A stretch of DNA of 64,000 nt from Trypanosoma brucei (lineage: Eukaryota), in NCBI GenBank assembly GCA_000002445.1, contig CP000071.1, positions 1,312,001-1,376,000 on the forward strand. Direction: 5' to 3'. The position numbers were made by a program, and so were the translations under genes. Position 1 is the first letter of the stretch. Each line of letters starts with the position of its first letter. A model generated the notes under the pieces. That model saw nothing but the letters and a program-made list of their open reading frames with translations. It did no database searches and was not told where the DNA came from. Positions 1 through 12,100 of this stretch are shown in pieces.

Positions 1-339
1 CGCCGCTCAGAAACAGAAGAGAAGCAAACAGATTCATGCGCCGTCAGACGCAAACCAAAGGTAACGGGCGGGAAGCAAAAGCGCAGGTAAAAATTCAAAA
101 GGGAAATGAAGCCGCTGTTAAGAAAATTTACCTCCCCCCAAAGTAAAAGCAGACATTTCCCAATATCTGACTGCGATGAAAACAGTGGTGCAGCACGCTT
201 CGTCAGCACACAAGAAAAAAAAACCATCCACCCTCAACACCTCCCTCTCCCCCATACTCCCCTCGCCCTCGCATTCCGGTAAGAGGCTCGCTTTCATCTA
301 CATTTTTCTTCGATAATACCGTCTCAAGTGATGTGCACC

Positions 340-1350
340 TCAGGTTATTGTAATCTTCGTTTCTTCAGCCACCCTAGCCTTAGCTTTATTCAACCACTGA
401 AGGCTCGACTCCACACGTTTCCGCATAATGCCGTGCATGTACGTCCTCCCGGCACGGATATGATAGGCTAGCGTAGTGCGGAAGTTTACTAGGTGCATAA
501 CAGTCTCAACGAGACGCGGCGGGGGTTCCATCTGCTGCTTATACAACTGGAAGCTACACCAAAATGTGTTCGGATCGCGCACACGACCCCGAGGACCGGT
601 CACAGCAACGACAGAATCCGGAGGGCCACCTTGTTCAAATATAAATGCAGACGAACCACAAAAGCTACGTTCATGCTTCCTCACCTCCACCATTGCCTGC
701 AGAAAGTGACGTGTCAACACAGCATCGTCCTTAGACGGGACACGCAATGCGATAGCAACAATGAAACTTCCCCTATTATTGTACACCACCATTTCCTCAC
801 CATCGTGGTAATGCAGCTGCAGTGGTTGAACTACTTCGGGGTTCGTTAAAAACAACTCAAATTGCCGGGCAAATGCGGGTACGAAGCTCCACGCCCGTAG
901 CTGGGCGGTCGAATGCATTGCCTCCTTCAGCATCTTCGCAGGCACGTTGGAGGGAATGTGCACCGCAACTGTGAAATCTTCACCATCTCCCTTATGTGTG
1001 TCACACACAACAAATTTCTGCAACTCCGACGGGAAGAGTGTTGTCAGTACCTCATAAAAGTTCCCATGGGTGTTCAACTCAGCGAATGGAGTGAAGCTCC
1101 GAAGCGAAACTGTTACAGAGGCAGTGCCACCAACATTTACTGTCCCGACCTCGCCACTTCCGGTATCTTTTGAATCCACACCACTCGTCTGTGACATCTC
1201 TTTCTCTTCCTTGTCCCACTCCACGCGGATGTGATACTCGCAGCCATCGAAGTCTCGCACAACACTTACGGGTATTTTGCTATCGCCCCTCAAGATGCGC
1301 TCAACAGCAGCATGAACGGCGGGATGCTCCCTCTCTAACAGCAACAGCAT
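340..1350 (-). CDS. ARPC2: ARP2/3 complex subunit 2 (ARPC2, p34-Arc)
   Basis: 336-aa ORF aligns by eye along its whole length with human ARPC2. N-terminal VSVVRDFDGCEYHI matches VEVTFADFDGVLYHI. C-terminal FRTTLAYHIRAGRTYMHGIMRKR...KITIT matches [23 protein letters not shown]...KTITGK. Start codon ATG verified on the minus strand at 1348-1350. Confidence 0.85.
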   Translation of the reverse strand: MLLLLEREHPAVHAAVERILRGDSKIPVSVVRDFDGCEYHIRVEWDKEEKEMSQTSGVDSKDTGSGEVGTVNVGGTASVTVSLRSFTPFAELNTHGNFYEVLTTLFPSELQKFVVCDTHKGDGEDFTVAVHIPSNVPAKMLKEAMHSTAQLRAWSFVPAFARQFELFLTNPEVVQPLQLHYHDGEEMVVYNNRGSFIVAIALRVPSKDDAVLTRHFLQAMVEVRKHERSFCGSSAFIFEQGGPPDSVVAVTGPRGRVRDPNTFWCSFQLYKQQMEPPPRLVETVMHLVNFRTTLAYHIRAGRTYMHGIMRKRVESSLQWLNKAKARVAEETKITIT

Positions 1351-1373
1351 CTATGGAAGGACTATATGCAGGT

Positions 1374-1397
1374 AAGAAACAAAAAGGAAAAAGAACG
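1374..1397 (-). promoter_or_regulatory. polypyrimidine tract (minus strand) upstream of the ARPC2 ATG; candidate trans-splicing signal
   Basis: The + strand reads gtaagaaacaaaaaggaaaaagaacgc, so the coding strand is a pyrimidine run 25-50 nt 5' of the ATG. Trypanosomatid pre-mRNA processing uses such tracts upstream of the splice-acceptor AG. Confidence 0.45.
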
Positions 1398-1489
1398 CAT
1401 ACATATATTCATTGTGGTGCCGGTATACTACTGGGACCAGGTTCCCGAAAGCAGTAGGGAAGAAGACAACAAGGGTAATGAAATCAATG

Positions 1490-1510
1490 TATACATATAT
1501 ACATATAGAC

Positions 1511-1551
<41 letters not shown>
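1490..1551. repeat. (TA)n microsatellite preceded by a TACATA-type degenerate repeat
   Basis: Read directly from the sequence. Confidence 0.95.
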
Positions 1552-1552
<1 letters not shown>

Positions 1553-2333
1553 CTGTAAGCGCATGTGTTTTCGTGTGGGAACAAAAGTGAAGCGTGCGGT
1601 GTCGTAAAAGAGAGGAAACGCGGGATGTCAGCTATACACTGAGGCTTCCACCACGTTCCTCCTACCACTACTTTCGATGATTGTTCCATTCAGTTAATGG
1701 TGGGTTAGATGGCCTAATTTCTTAAATTCTGATGCAACCAAGTAGGAAAAGCAACATAACATTGATAATAATGCTGGTGTCACACATGGAAGAAAAACTT
1801 CCACAACCAAAATAGAGAACACCGACGTGGGTATTCTCATGTTGCGTCGGTTGAGGACGTGGAAGTCATTCTATGCGAATGTTCAGTCAGCCACACGGTT
1901 TAACTTACGCAGAGGTGCTCCATCGTCCCCTCCACCACGGCCAGCAGAGACGAGTCGTGTGGAGGTGGCTGGAAGTAAGAAAAGGGATGGTTATTATGAA
2001 CCAAGCGACAAGCTCCGCGCCGATGCATATATATATATATTGTTAGTGTGTGCATATGTTTATATATACACATATATTTTATTCTCTTTTGATCCGCCAC
2101 CAGACTTGTTTTCTTTCAAGTAACATGCGCTCTAAGAAAGAGGGAGGCTGCGAGCGTGAAAGGTACAAATAAATCAATAAAATGAAATCAAAAAAGAAAA
2201 AAATGGACATCTACCCCGCCAAATTAAGAAACAATCTCCATGCTACAGAGGACCCGCGCTGCTTCCGCTACTTAGAAGGTCCCTGAGAGGATGAAAGGGG
2301 GAAAAAACAAAACAGTACAACGTTGAGAAGCGA

Positions 2334-2870
2334 TCAGCATACAAACTCCTTCTCACCACAGTTGTCGCAATGCAAGAAATAAAAGACTGGCCCCTTAGGG
2401 TCTGGAGACAAAGAAGGCGGGGAACAATCTACGCTATGGCGTTGCTTGCGGTTGGACGGATCAGCAAACAAAATGCTGCGCTCCGCTACAATACTCCAGG
2501 GTGCCCAGTCACGTTGACTAGGAGTTTGAGAAACAATTTGGCACGTCTCAAGATGATCATCTAAGGCATTATAAAAGTTTCGAATCAGGTCACTGCCATC
2601 GATACAAGAGAACGACATGGTTCTATCCTGATCGATAACAGCACCGCAGGGGCATGATGATCGGTTCGTGCAAAGATGTGTTCCCTCTTCTTTACTGTTA
2701 TTAGTAGGGGACTTAGCTGCGGGTCGCATTAGGTGACCATTCGGGCACCAGGGACATCTTAACAAATTTTGTGTGCCCCTTTGATCCGATGCCGGAAAAT
2801 TCCCTGAAGCCGGTGGAGTGCTGAGCTCATCTCGTCCCCGTTTTAACCGGTAGCTACCACTTCCTTCCAT
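2334..2870 (-). CDS. hypothetical Cys-rich small protein (possible zinc-binding)
   Basis: 178-aa ORF with an ATG start. Paired Cys/His motifs (RCPWCPNGH, CPCG, HCDNCGEKEFVC) are compatible with a zinc ribbon or treble clef. No confident family assignment. Confidence 0.45.
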   Translation of the reverse strand: MEGSGSYRLKRGRDELSTPPASGNFPASDQRGTQNLLRCPWCPNGHLMRPAAKSPTNNSKEEGTHLCTNRSSCPCGAVIDQDRTMSFSCIDGSDLIRNFYNALDDHLETCQIVSQTPSQRDWAPWSIVAERSILFADPSNRKQRHSVDCSPPSLSPDPKGPVFYFLHCDNCGEKEFVC

Positions 2871-3430
2871 TCAATCCTTAACCCAACCACTCCCCTGCGC
2901 CCTTCAATCAGCGGAGGGAAAATATTCGAAGGAAAGGAGGAGGAAATAAGGGCATTTATACAATAAGCTGGAAAAAGTGTGACGCGAAAGTGGGGTAGCG
3001 ACACGCATTGATGGTGGAACAGATACAAACAAAAAAAGGAAAGAGAAAGAGAAAGAGGAAAATGGAAAAAACAAAGGGAAGAAAACAAAAATAGGTATAC
3101 GCAAAAAAAAAAAAAGAAATAGTCACCAGCTGCTGTTTTCCTGTAAAACTGATACGGTGCATACAAAAGTTAATTCATGGTGCGTGCACACCAGCAAGAA
3201 GATTGCATGTTAAGTGAAAATTGAGGCAGCGGCAATGATAATGATAACCTCAATTCTTAAAAATGGACATCGTCATTCAACCACCATCATAGAGATATTA
3301 AGGTCCATACCCTTTCTCCAGAACGACAGGCGTTTGTGTTATTTTTTTTTCCCCCCTTCACCGTTTTACTAATACGTCTGCCCGTTTTGCTTATTTTGTT
3401 TGAATGTTGTAACCCTCCTTTCCCTTTTCA

Positions 3431-4456
3431 CTAAGCGCTGACAAGCGCTTCAAGTATGATTTTGATACACCGCTTCATTGCGGCATCAAGCTGATCACCA
3501 AGAAACATTTTCTTTTCCCCAACGCGTTTTGAGACGACGACGCAGGCGGCTCCAGCTTGATAACCCAACATGTCGGAAAGGTAACAAATGGCGCTCGTTT
3601 CCATCTCGATATTGGTAACGACCTCCACACCGTTGCTTAGGTTAAACTTCAGGCTTCCAAGTTCCTCCACCATATTTGGTACGGTAAGATGCTTCATGAA
3701 CCGCCCAACTCGGCGCCCCTGGCAACCGTAGAAACCGCTTGCGGTGGCTGTCGTCCCAATTACGTATTGTTGCTTATCAGCTTCTGATCCAGTGGCAGCG
3801 TTGTGGGCATCGCAGGCAGCACAAATGCTCTTGGTGATATTGGGATGCGCCATTGATGTGTAAATATCAATTGCACGAAGCCCCGTTTGCTCACGAACAA
3901 TACGGCGAATCTCTTGTTGGTCCTTTGATGTCTCACGAGTCCCAGCCGAGTAGTAGAGGGAAGTGTTGTCCATACCAATGGCGTGCCGCGTGACAGCAAG
4001 TGCCAGAGGGGGAACCGACTCAGCAGGTGAGCCACAAGTTCCGAGGCGGATGATCTTCATGGTGGAGGGGTCAAAGAAGGGACCAGCGCTTGGTGCATCT
4101 GCATCACCTTTGCGATGGCGCCACTGGCCACGCTCCATGTCATACTCCTTCAATGCGTGAATTTCATTCAGGACAATTTCGATGTTGTCCACACCCATAC
4201 CGGTGCTTATAACGGTAACTGGAGTTCCCTTGTAAGTTCCAGTGGCAAAACGAATTTCACGGTGATCACGGGAGGCGCGGATGCTGTCCTTGTCGAAGTA
4301 ACCGGAAATGACGTCTACCCGCCCTGGATCACCAACAAAAATGATGCGGTCAGCCAACTCATCGCTTTTGCACTTCAAGTGAAGTGTCGTCCCATCCTTA
4401 CCGATAGGTAAGTCGGTTTCCGACCCCTTCGTGCTTCCATTAGCGGATGCAGCCAT
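3431..4456 (-). CDS. nucleoside phosphorylase, PNP/UDP family (probable uridine phosphorylase)
   Basis: 341-aa ORF with the family motifs IIFVGDPGRVDVIS (phosphate-binding region), VISTGMGVDNIEIVLNE and RLGTCGS. The size matches the homodimeric uridine phosphorylase described for T. brucei. ATG verified. Confidence 0.8.
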   Translation of the reverse strand: MAASANGSTKGSETDLPIGKDGTTLHLKCKSDELADRIIFVGDPGRVDVISGYFDKDSIRASRDHREIRFATGTYKGTPVTVISTGMGVDNIEIVLNEIHALKEYDMERGQWRHRKGDADAPSAGPFFDPSTMKIIRLGTCGSPAESVPPLALAVTRHAIGMDNTSLYYSAGTRETSKDQQEIRRIVREQTGLRAIDIYTSMAHPNITKSICAACDAHNAATGSEADKQQYVIGTTATASGFYGCQGRRVGRFMKHLTVPNMVEELGSLKFNLSNGVEVVTNIEMETSAICYLSDMLGYQAGAACVVVSKRVGEKKMFLGDQLDAAMKRCIKIILEALVSA

Positions 4457-4626
4457 TACTCACAATGTTATTGCCCTTGTTATATATTTGTAGTGTATTG
4501 CTTAGTTTTTTAAATCTTTTATGAACTTCCTTTATCCCCACAGCGAGAAAATGTGGCAATAGTTGCAAGAAACAAAAACAAAAGGTTCCTGTGGCAGCGC
4601 AAAGAAGCAAATTCAAATCGATCATA

Positions 4627-4630
4627 TGCA

Positions 4631-4663
<33 letters not shown>
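4627..4663. repeat. (TA)n microsatellite
   Basis: Read directly from the sequence. Confidence 0.95.
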
Positions 4664-5566
4664 TCATATCACAAAACCAAAATACACACACACAAAAAAA
4701 AAGGGAGCTACATCATGAGTTAACGATGTGATCTTCCGGTCCCTGCGGGAAAGGCAATAACCTCGTAGCTCACCTACAGTGCAGCACGTGTTTAGGTGCA
4801 CCTTACACGTCCAAAACGAGCGGAAACAACGACTGAGTGAAAACGAGGAGAATACGAAGGTAATACCGCAGTCCAGCACAATAAAATAAAACGGTAGTGC
4901 TTTCACCATTGTAATCGTAACTGCATTGTTCACGCACAGCTCCTCTAAAAATACCCCCATACGTTATGATGCGTCGTTCTGTGCAAATGCCTGATGGGGA
5001 CACGCGGGAGAAACGATCGAACAAATAACCGTTGCATTCGCCGTTTCCTCTCCACACAATCCCCTGTTGCGGGTATCTTTTCCTCCTCTCAGGGAGGATG
5101 AGAAGTAAGAGTGAGTAAAAGCTTAACAACAAAAAGTGGCATAACTCACGTGTATGATACTTCCCGTCTGCGACAATAAAGCGTTAAGGAAAGGGGAAAA
5201 ATGGGAGAGGGAGCGGGTTAAGACACTATAAAGTAAAACCTTGGATTTCAACAAACGAGAATAACGGTATTAAAGTGAAGTTCCGAAACCCTTACAAAAA
5301 TGAGGGTAACGCGCAACACCAGCAATAAGTTAGATTAAACAAAGCCATAACACCCTCGAATCGACCTGCACCCTCCCCCCATCCCTTCTTCCCGCCTTGT
5401 ACCACAGCAGCAATACAGCCGTTGCCCAAAGTGAAGGAAGTTCATTTAAGAAGATTTAAAAAACAAACAAGAAAACGACGGCCAAGACAGCCGATTTTAA
5501 TGTACAATAGAGGTTTCCAGGCGTGCAGGGTAGGGGGATCGCGGGAATGTGACCCCGGGTGTTGTT

Positions 5567-6670
5567 TCAACCACTTTGGTGTGCCCTGTCTGCCCAAAGT
5601 TTTGCATATTCGTATGATGTAGAAGCCAACACGCCGTCAATAAGACACGTCCCAATGTTTAGGGCGAGGCCACCATAAAACCCCAAAATACCACGGGTAC
5701 GATACACCTCACACGTGACTCCCCAAAGGCGTGCCTTAGGGGCCACTTGCAGGTTCGCACGCACAACTAAATACGGATTGAAAATGACTGCAGTTACCGC
5801 GCTTGTAATTACAGACGCCACAGTATTTAATGCAACGTTGTCATCCCTCGCGAGCAACCAGCGCTTCCAGGACAACCATGAGGAAGAAACGAAGACGGGC
5901 TCCGTCACTGGGTCCTCTCTCCCATCCAACAAGAAGCCGTCTGCAGCGGCATACAGGTAGCCCTTACTGACACCGTACATCGCCCACCATACGGCCGTCC
6001 ACTGGCAACCAATAACAAGTGTTGTGCCGTAGCCTGCATAAATTGTCCTCAGCCCTCCCTCGCGGTACATGGAGGCAAATGTATGAATCATACAACCGGA
6101 CTTGACGGCCCTGCCTCTTTGAACACCCTCACAATTAGCTGTCATCTGTCGAAGTGCCACAATACTCAGTGGAAGGTGCACAAGCCTGCACAGAGCGTCA
6201 GCGATATAGCCAGACACGGCGTCACGAGTTGGTTTGTTCGCTAGTGGTATATTCTCCCGGCTGTACTCAAACAACCACAGGTAGATTGCCTCGCTTAGGG
6301 CACATCCAAGTGCGAGGGCTGCCATCCCTTGCGTTAAACCAAGTAACCCACCTTCCGTATTGTACACGAGTCGGATGATTTGCCGGGTCGTCATTTTATT
6401 TGCAACAGAGCTCGTTTGCTTGCGCGCGAGGGCAAGGTTGAGCGGTTGCTGCGCCGCTGTGCGCAACCAACATAGGATGACGGCATATGTTACAAACCAC
6501 ATGCTATCCAAATCCGAGTAGCTACGGTTTAAACTGTTCGTGTGTTCGTGCGGACCCAACTCCGCTGTGGCCGTCCCACCATCGAATTCAGTCGGCGCGT
6601 CTCCTGCTGTGTGTTTCTCAATGTTACTTTGGTTCTCCTCAGGCTTTTGAGCCCACGGTACATCCGACAT
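5567..6670 (-). CDS. mitochondrial carrier family (SLC25) protein, divergent
   Basis: 367-aa ORF with a tripartite structure and degenerate Px[DE]xx[KR]x[KR]-like signatures (PLNLALARKQ, PLSIVALRQM, NPYLVVRANLQV). About six hydrophobic helices and G-rich helix ends (LRTIYAGYGTTL, FYGGLALNIG). ATG verified. Confidence 0.65.
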   Translation of the reverse strand: MSDVPWAQKPEENQSNIEKHTAGDAPTEFDGGTATAELGPHEHTNSLNRSYSDLDSMWFVTYAVILCWLRTAAQQPLNLALARKQTSSVANKMTTRQIIRLVYNTEGGLLGLTQGMAALALGCALSEAIYLWLFEYSRENIPLANKPTRDAVSGYIADALCRLVHLPLSIVALRQMTANCEGVQRGRAVKSGCMIHTFASMYREGGLRTIYAGYGTTLVIGCQWTAVWWAMYGVSKGYLYAAADGFLLDGREDPVTEPVFVSSSWLSWKRWLLARDDNVALNTVASVITSAVTAVIFNPYLVVRANLQVAPKARLWGVTCEVYRTRGILGFYGGLALNIGTCLIDGVLASTSYEYAKLWADRAHQSG

Positions 6671-7427
6671 CGGTATTATTGGCTTGCAATAACGCTGCTA
6701 TTAAACAATAATTGGAAGCAGTTACAGTGGAAATGCACCCAGATCCCCGAAACAGTAATGATGGTAATAGGAGGGATAATTATCGATGAACTCTGAAAAG
6801 CACAAGTGGGTCGAGGTCGTCGGGGTACACCGGCTGAGCTGTGATTCCTACCAACAGCTTTCCCCGGGAGGGGGGGGGGAGTTGAGTACCTTTAACGCTA
6901 AATTTGCTTAGCCCTTGCTCCCTCTATTGCTACCTCTGTTAAAACCTTATCCCGGCAAGATTGGGTGAAGATAGAGGAACAAAATAAGGAAAAGACAAAA
7001 AGGAAAAAAAAATGAGCAAATAACAACGATACCAACTGTGACCTCGCATCGGGAATGACAAATGCTAGGTAGAAACGTTAAAAGGGAATAGAAGTAGCAG
7101 CTGATGGTACGGTTTCAGCGAAGAAAAGAAAAGAGATGTGTGTGTCGCAAGGAAGTAACACACCGGTGTGCATAAAGGTATAGACTACCACACCTTCACG
7201 CTCAGCACTCGATTTCACCAGTTGCTCTTTATTTTTCTTGTGTGTGCTTCTTCACACCGAGTAATTGACGAGCGTCAAAACAACAGCCATGAGCACTCCT
7301 TCTCCTTAGGAGAAACTCCCTACGGCTTCCTGCATACGTTATTATATTTTCGTTTAATCGCGTTTATACTTAGCACGATGGTAGAAGGCACGGCCACACC
7401 AGACTGAGGTGCGAGAGGTGTAACACG

Positions 7428-7446
7428 AACACACACACACACACAC
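7428..7446. repeat. (AC)n microsatellite
   Basis: Read directly from the sequence. Confidence 0.9.
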
Positions 7447-7508
7447 TTCTCCACGCATTGACACGTTTGCATCTTTTTTTTTCCTTTCTGATTACCTTTA
7501 ACGATTAA

Positions 7509-8795
7509 TTACGACGGGTCGCGCTTAACTCGGGGCTTGGTCGCCTTCACCGATGAAGATTTGGTGAGATGTTGCGGTTTTACCGTCTTTTTGTCCTCCT
7601 GAGGTTGCTTTCGCTGTTTGGGATGTGTCCCTTTTTTATTCACTGGACTATTCTTCCCCGACACGTTTGAGGCTGGAACTGTGGCTACTGAAGAGGAAGA
7701 CACGACCGTTGACCGCACCCCACCACCTTTATTTTTCTTTCGTCCTCCTGCCACACCATTTGCATTGCTGCTTCCATTCTGCTTCTTGCCACTAACCCTA
7801 CTGCTGTCGTTACTGCCGACCCCTCTTTTGCTTGCTATTTCCTGGCACTTCTCCTTTGGCCCGCGTGCCAAGGCACTTGGTGGCACCCTTTCCAACTGTT
7901 TGCAAAAGTCATGGCATGCGTAGTCTATACCCAGGGCTTTCAGTTGAGCATTGTTTTTCTTCTCAGTTTTCGAGTACTTTATAAGGGCGGCTATGGGATT
8001 CTTGTAACGAACGTCATGTTGTTGTAGCGATATGCCCTTTGTTTTATAGGCGTATGCCAACTGGCGGCGCTGCTTCACTTTTTCCTTCGGTGGCATAGGA
8101 CGGTGGAGGACTGCCACACGGGCCTGTACGCAGAAGCCACCAAGTGCCATGCCATGACATTCTTCAACCACGATAGGAAGCACCGACTCATCATCAAACT
8201 GCACGTAGGCGATTCCTTTCGACTGATGTGTACGACGACTGCGAACACAGAAGCAGTTGAGCACTTTCGCACCAAATTGAGAAAAAAACTTGAACAATTC
8301 CGTCTCTTGAAACTCCGGGGGAAGGAAACGGAGGCGGAGTACAGAATAGGAGAGCCGCGTCCCCTCTCGCTTTGCCTTCTCGAAGGGATTCTCCTTCTTA
8401 TCGCTTTCCTCCTGGTCATCGTCACTGGAATCACCACCAAAGTCGTCACTCCCTATAGATTCGTCGTCGCTGCCACTGCTCTCAAGGTCATCCACGTCGC
8501 TTTGGTTTTCAGTTTCATCATCCAATTCCTGAGGGACGGAGTCCTCGTTTTCATCACGCAACCGCTTCTTGGATTTTATTATACCACTGGACTCCATGCG
8601 TCTTGCCGCAGCGGCGGCTGCTTTGCGAGCAGTCGAGTTGTCGTCATGGTTATCATCCTCGAAAGTGACGCGAGGCCGCTGTGCTTTCTTCTCCACACCG
8701 ACAGTTCGGGTTTCAACTCTCGACTTGGAAATCTCACCTGCACGCTTGACAACGGCTTTGCTCTTTGGGGGCACCTTCTTCGCCTTGATCCCCAT
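7509..8795 (-). CDS. RRM-domain nucleolar-type RNA-binding protein (Nop15/NIFK-like)
   Basis: 428-aa ORF with an acidic Ser/Asp-rich N-terminal region, then a single RRM (LRLRFLPPEFQETELFKFFSQFGAKVLNCFCVRSRRTHQSKGIAYVQFDDES), then a Lys/Ser-rich basic tail. ATG verified. Confidence 0.7.
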   Translation of the reverse strand: MGIKAKKVPPKSKAVVKRAGEISKSRVETRTVGVEKKAQRPRVTFEDDNHDDNSTARKAAAAAARRMESSGIIKSKKRLRDENEDSVPQELDDETENQSDVDDLESSGSDDESIGSDDFGGDSSDDDQEESDKKENPFEKAKREGTRLSYSVLRLRFLPPEFQETELFKFFSQFGAKVLNCFCVRSRRTHQSKGIAYVQFDDESVLPIVVEECHGMALGGFCVQARVAVLHRPMPPKEKVKQRRQLAYAYKTKGISLQQHDVRYKNPIAALIKYSKTEKKNNAQLKALGIDYACHDFCKQLERVPPSALARGPKEKCQEIASKRGVGSNDSSRVSGKKQNGSSNANGVAGGRKKNKGGGVRSTVVSSSSVATVPASNVSGKNSPVNKKGTHPKQRKQPQEDKKTVKPQHLTKSSSVKATKPRVKRDPS

Positions 8796-9192
8796 GATTT
8801 AGGCACACACAGAAACACACAAAGCAAATACGCTAGTAATTGAGTCCTTATCTCACTCCCTCTTCCTCCGGTGGTGCAACCAAAACTACAGATACCGTGC
8901 GCAGTGGGGGAAAGAAGGTGCACAGTCAGTCATAAAAAAGAAACAAGCAAAAACAAGGTAGGGAGCAGAACAACGTAGACGTAAAATACTCGAGGGGAAA
9001 CCCCAAACAACATGGTGAGAAACAAGTGACTGCCGTGGTCAGTTGTGTTGCTTGTCCGTCATTGGCGTAGTGGTTGGCAAGTTCATTTACATCTAATGAA
9101 TCCACATAAACACACACGCTCACGACTTCAGTATACAAAGCGCCTCTATATTCTAAAGTATACTGCCAAATTATGTACATCCACACTACCAA

Positions 9193-12100
9193 TCACGTCC
9201 TTTCCTTCACACTACTGCCGAGGAGAGGTGCCGCAGGCGTATCAACTCCATAACGATCTTTTCCCAAGGTCCCGTTGCGGCACAACCCGTTGTACCAAGC
9301 CATTGCATCTAACAATGTTGAGCCCTGATTTCTCCCCTGCACCTGGGTTCCTGTGCCAATCCTTGATCCCACCGACCCTAAACCATCTCTGCACACTTCC
9401 TTGTGCCAAGCAGCTACCAGCTGCTGCGCCATTCCTCCCAAACGTGCGATGTTATTCGTGCTTTCATCGGTTACAGCGAGCTTCCTCGAGAAAATTGTCT
9501 CAGAAAAGTTAGTCAGTGCCAAAATATCAGAATACATGGCTTGGAAAACAGCCACCCACCGCCGTGAGGATATGTTTTCTGGAAGGTTCGCGGATCGTTC
9601 AGGAAAAGAATTACCTGAGCGACAAGACACATTGATCTTGTAGAGCCAAGTTACACGCTGTGCCATATTCTCGTTGATGGTAGTTTCGTACGCAACTGAT
9701 TGCTTCTTCCCACCGCTCATCCGGAAGGAACCATTCTTGACAGTACCCGGAGAAGCACCGGAAGGCGTGGGGGCAGCCCCACCGTTTTGTCGTCGCACGT
9801 CACGAGTTAACCGAATCCTCCCCGGGCTTCCCTCCGTTCCACTTAGTTCGTCTTGGGGAAAGAGCAGAAGGACAGCCTCTGACAACGCAAGTGGGTAGCA
9901 GTCGCACAGGCGACCGGTCGCTAACAGGGAACCAATTAACGGGCTTTGGACAAGGGAGGGGCCCGATTGAGGGATTTGAACCCACTTGGTCGTCGCGGAT
10001 GCAACTGCTGGAGGTAACACTGGTGAAAAGAACGACTCGACAGCCTTCTCAGGCGCGTCTTTGAGAGCCCTGAGCACATCCACTGCAACTTCCTGCGGCT
10101 GCAAGAGTGCCTGACTCTCATTCTGGTGAGGAATGTCGTTAAGACACAGGGATAGTTGCTCCGCGATGTACAGCCGGAGATTCGCCGACCCCGGACGGCG
10201 GAGTACTTGACGAATGTTTCTCATGATAACCGCCAGCTGATACACAACATGATCGGGTAAGTTCCTGTGCTCTCCATCAAAAAATGAATCGGCTTGCACC
10301 AGGGAGGCAGGGGACACTGTAACCGTACCGGAAGGACTAATGCAGTTACTCCATGTTTTGTCACATGTCCAACCACAAAGACGTTGCAAGGCACGCCGTA
10401 ACCATCCGACACAAACGCAGGTGAACAACGGGGTGGTTGGTATTGAGCAACAACTACTCAAAAGCGGGAGAATTGTGTCAATCAAAAGTTCTCTGGAGCA
10501 ACCACGGCTGACAAGTACCTCTGCGAGACGCGCGCCCGCCAGCCGCACAACAGTTGACTCATGCGAGAGGGCACCGATGACGTGATACCCCGCGATAGTG
10601 AAGATGGTTTCGGAAAGTGAATCCTCCAATCCCAACTCTGCGCTACTACGGGCGGAGTCCAAAACCGAAGACATCCTCTGGGTTTTGTTAGCGGAGCCGC
10701 CGCCAGCCCTCGCATCTCGTGTCACGCGTGTGACAACGGCAGCCAAAAACAGTAAAAAACTCGTCCTGGCACTCGCACCACCCTGTTGCGTTACAACATT
10801 GTACACATGCGATACGATGTCAGGGAGTAGTTTTAATGCTATAGCTCGGTCGGCAGGCAACGCAGAGCAAAGGAGCGCAGCATGATTGTCGGCACCAATG
10901 TGGTCTAGTCGTCGCATCGCTTCCTTTGCATTATGAAGGATGTCGTCACGGTACAACGAAACAGCAAGAAATGCATCCACGTCGGATATGTTTGACATCA
11001 CCGAAGCGAGAAACATGTAGCGCTGTGACGCATGCTGACCACTCGCTGATGCAGCCGAAGAGGTTAATTTTAAAAGATCACTCGTGTTTCGTCCTCGCGG
11101 CGAACCTGGCACCGACTGACAGCGCTGTGCCCTCTTCGGCGGTTCTCTAAGGAAAAGGGCAGCAACTTCAGAAAGGTTACTGCCATCACGTAAGATTATC
11201 GCTGCTACATCACCAACACGCGAAAGTAGGGAGCTCCATACACGGCACTGTAATAAGGTGCCGACAGCCGTTTCATCACTTAGAAAACAGGAAGTATAAG
11301 CAGCCTCGTCACGAATTTTAATACCGGGTGAGCGCTTGGACAATTGAGACGGCGGAGGTTTCAGACCGGCCCCTTGACTGCGCACGATACCCTCAATAAA
11401 ATTGAGGGCGGACATTTCTTCCGTATAGGTTGGCCCTAGGTCTCCCAAATCTGGATCCACATCCCTTGTGCTTCTTGAAGACCGCCTCCCTGCTTTGCCC
11501 CCAGTAGCGCAGACAACTGTTGGTTGAACTTCTGAACGACGCATGGAAATACTAAACGCTACAGGAGGTCTCTCAGTACCTTCAGCACCACCACCACCAC
11601 TGGAACCCACATCTTCGTCAGCAGGGTCTTGTGCCATGGAGTGAAGAACACGACTGGAGGCATCATCCACAGCAGGAGGCGGTACCTCGTTCTCCATCGG
11701 CTGTATTGGAACAAACCCGCGTTGCATTATGCCACGAACTCGATTTGACTGAACTTTCCGCTCCTCCACATGGTCAGCAGTGGCCTCAATATCCACCTTC
11801 TTTGCCACGGACGTGTGTACAACTGTTGGTGGGGTAATTTCCACTGCAGGAAGCGGTGCGGCTTCGAGGACCTCACGCCCTGTCAACAGTGTATACAACT
11901 GCCGCAACAGAGATTCAGCATAACCCTCGCGGCATGCTATTAGTCCCTCTATCATACGGTCGCTTAGTGGACAGTTGTTCTGTTGAAAATGCTTCTTTAG
12001 TTGCTCCCAGTTGTTGCGCTTGTTCACCACGCTTAACTTATCCTCGTAGGAGTGCATGGAAATGTTTTTCCAATAACGGGAACAAATGGTCGCTACAAGA

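Noticed and set aside
8103-8843. long + strand ORFs (for example 8103-8843, 40653-41261, 45407-46068, 46174-46941, 63164-63667) overlapping minus-strand genes
   Set aside because: They are antisense shadows of GC3-biased coding sequence. Their amino-acid composition is S/R/L/C-rich and non-protein-like, and every one lies fully inside a well-supported minus-strand gene.
9955-10010. tRNA-like T-arm motif (gggatttgaaccc, the reverse complement of GGGTTCAAATCCC) with partial acceptor-like pairing
   Set aside because: It lies inside an uninterrupted 1009-codon CDS and the T-stem has a mismatch. No D-arm or anticodon arm could be built, so it is a chance match.
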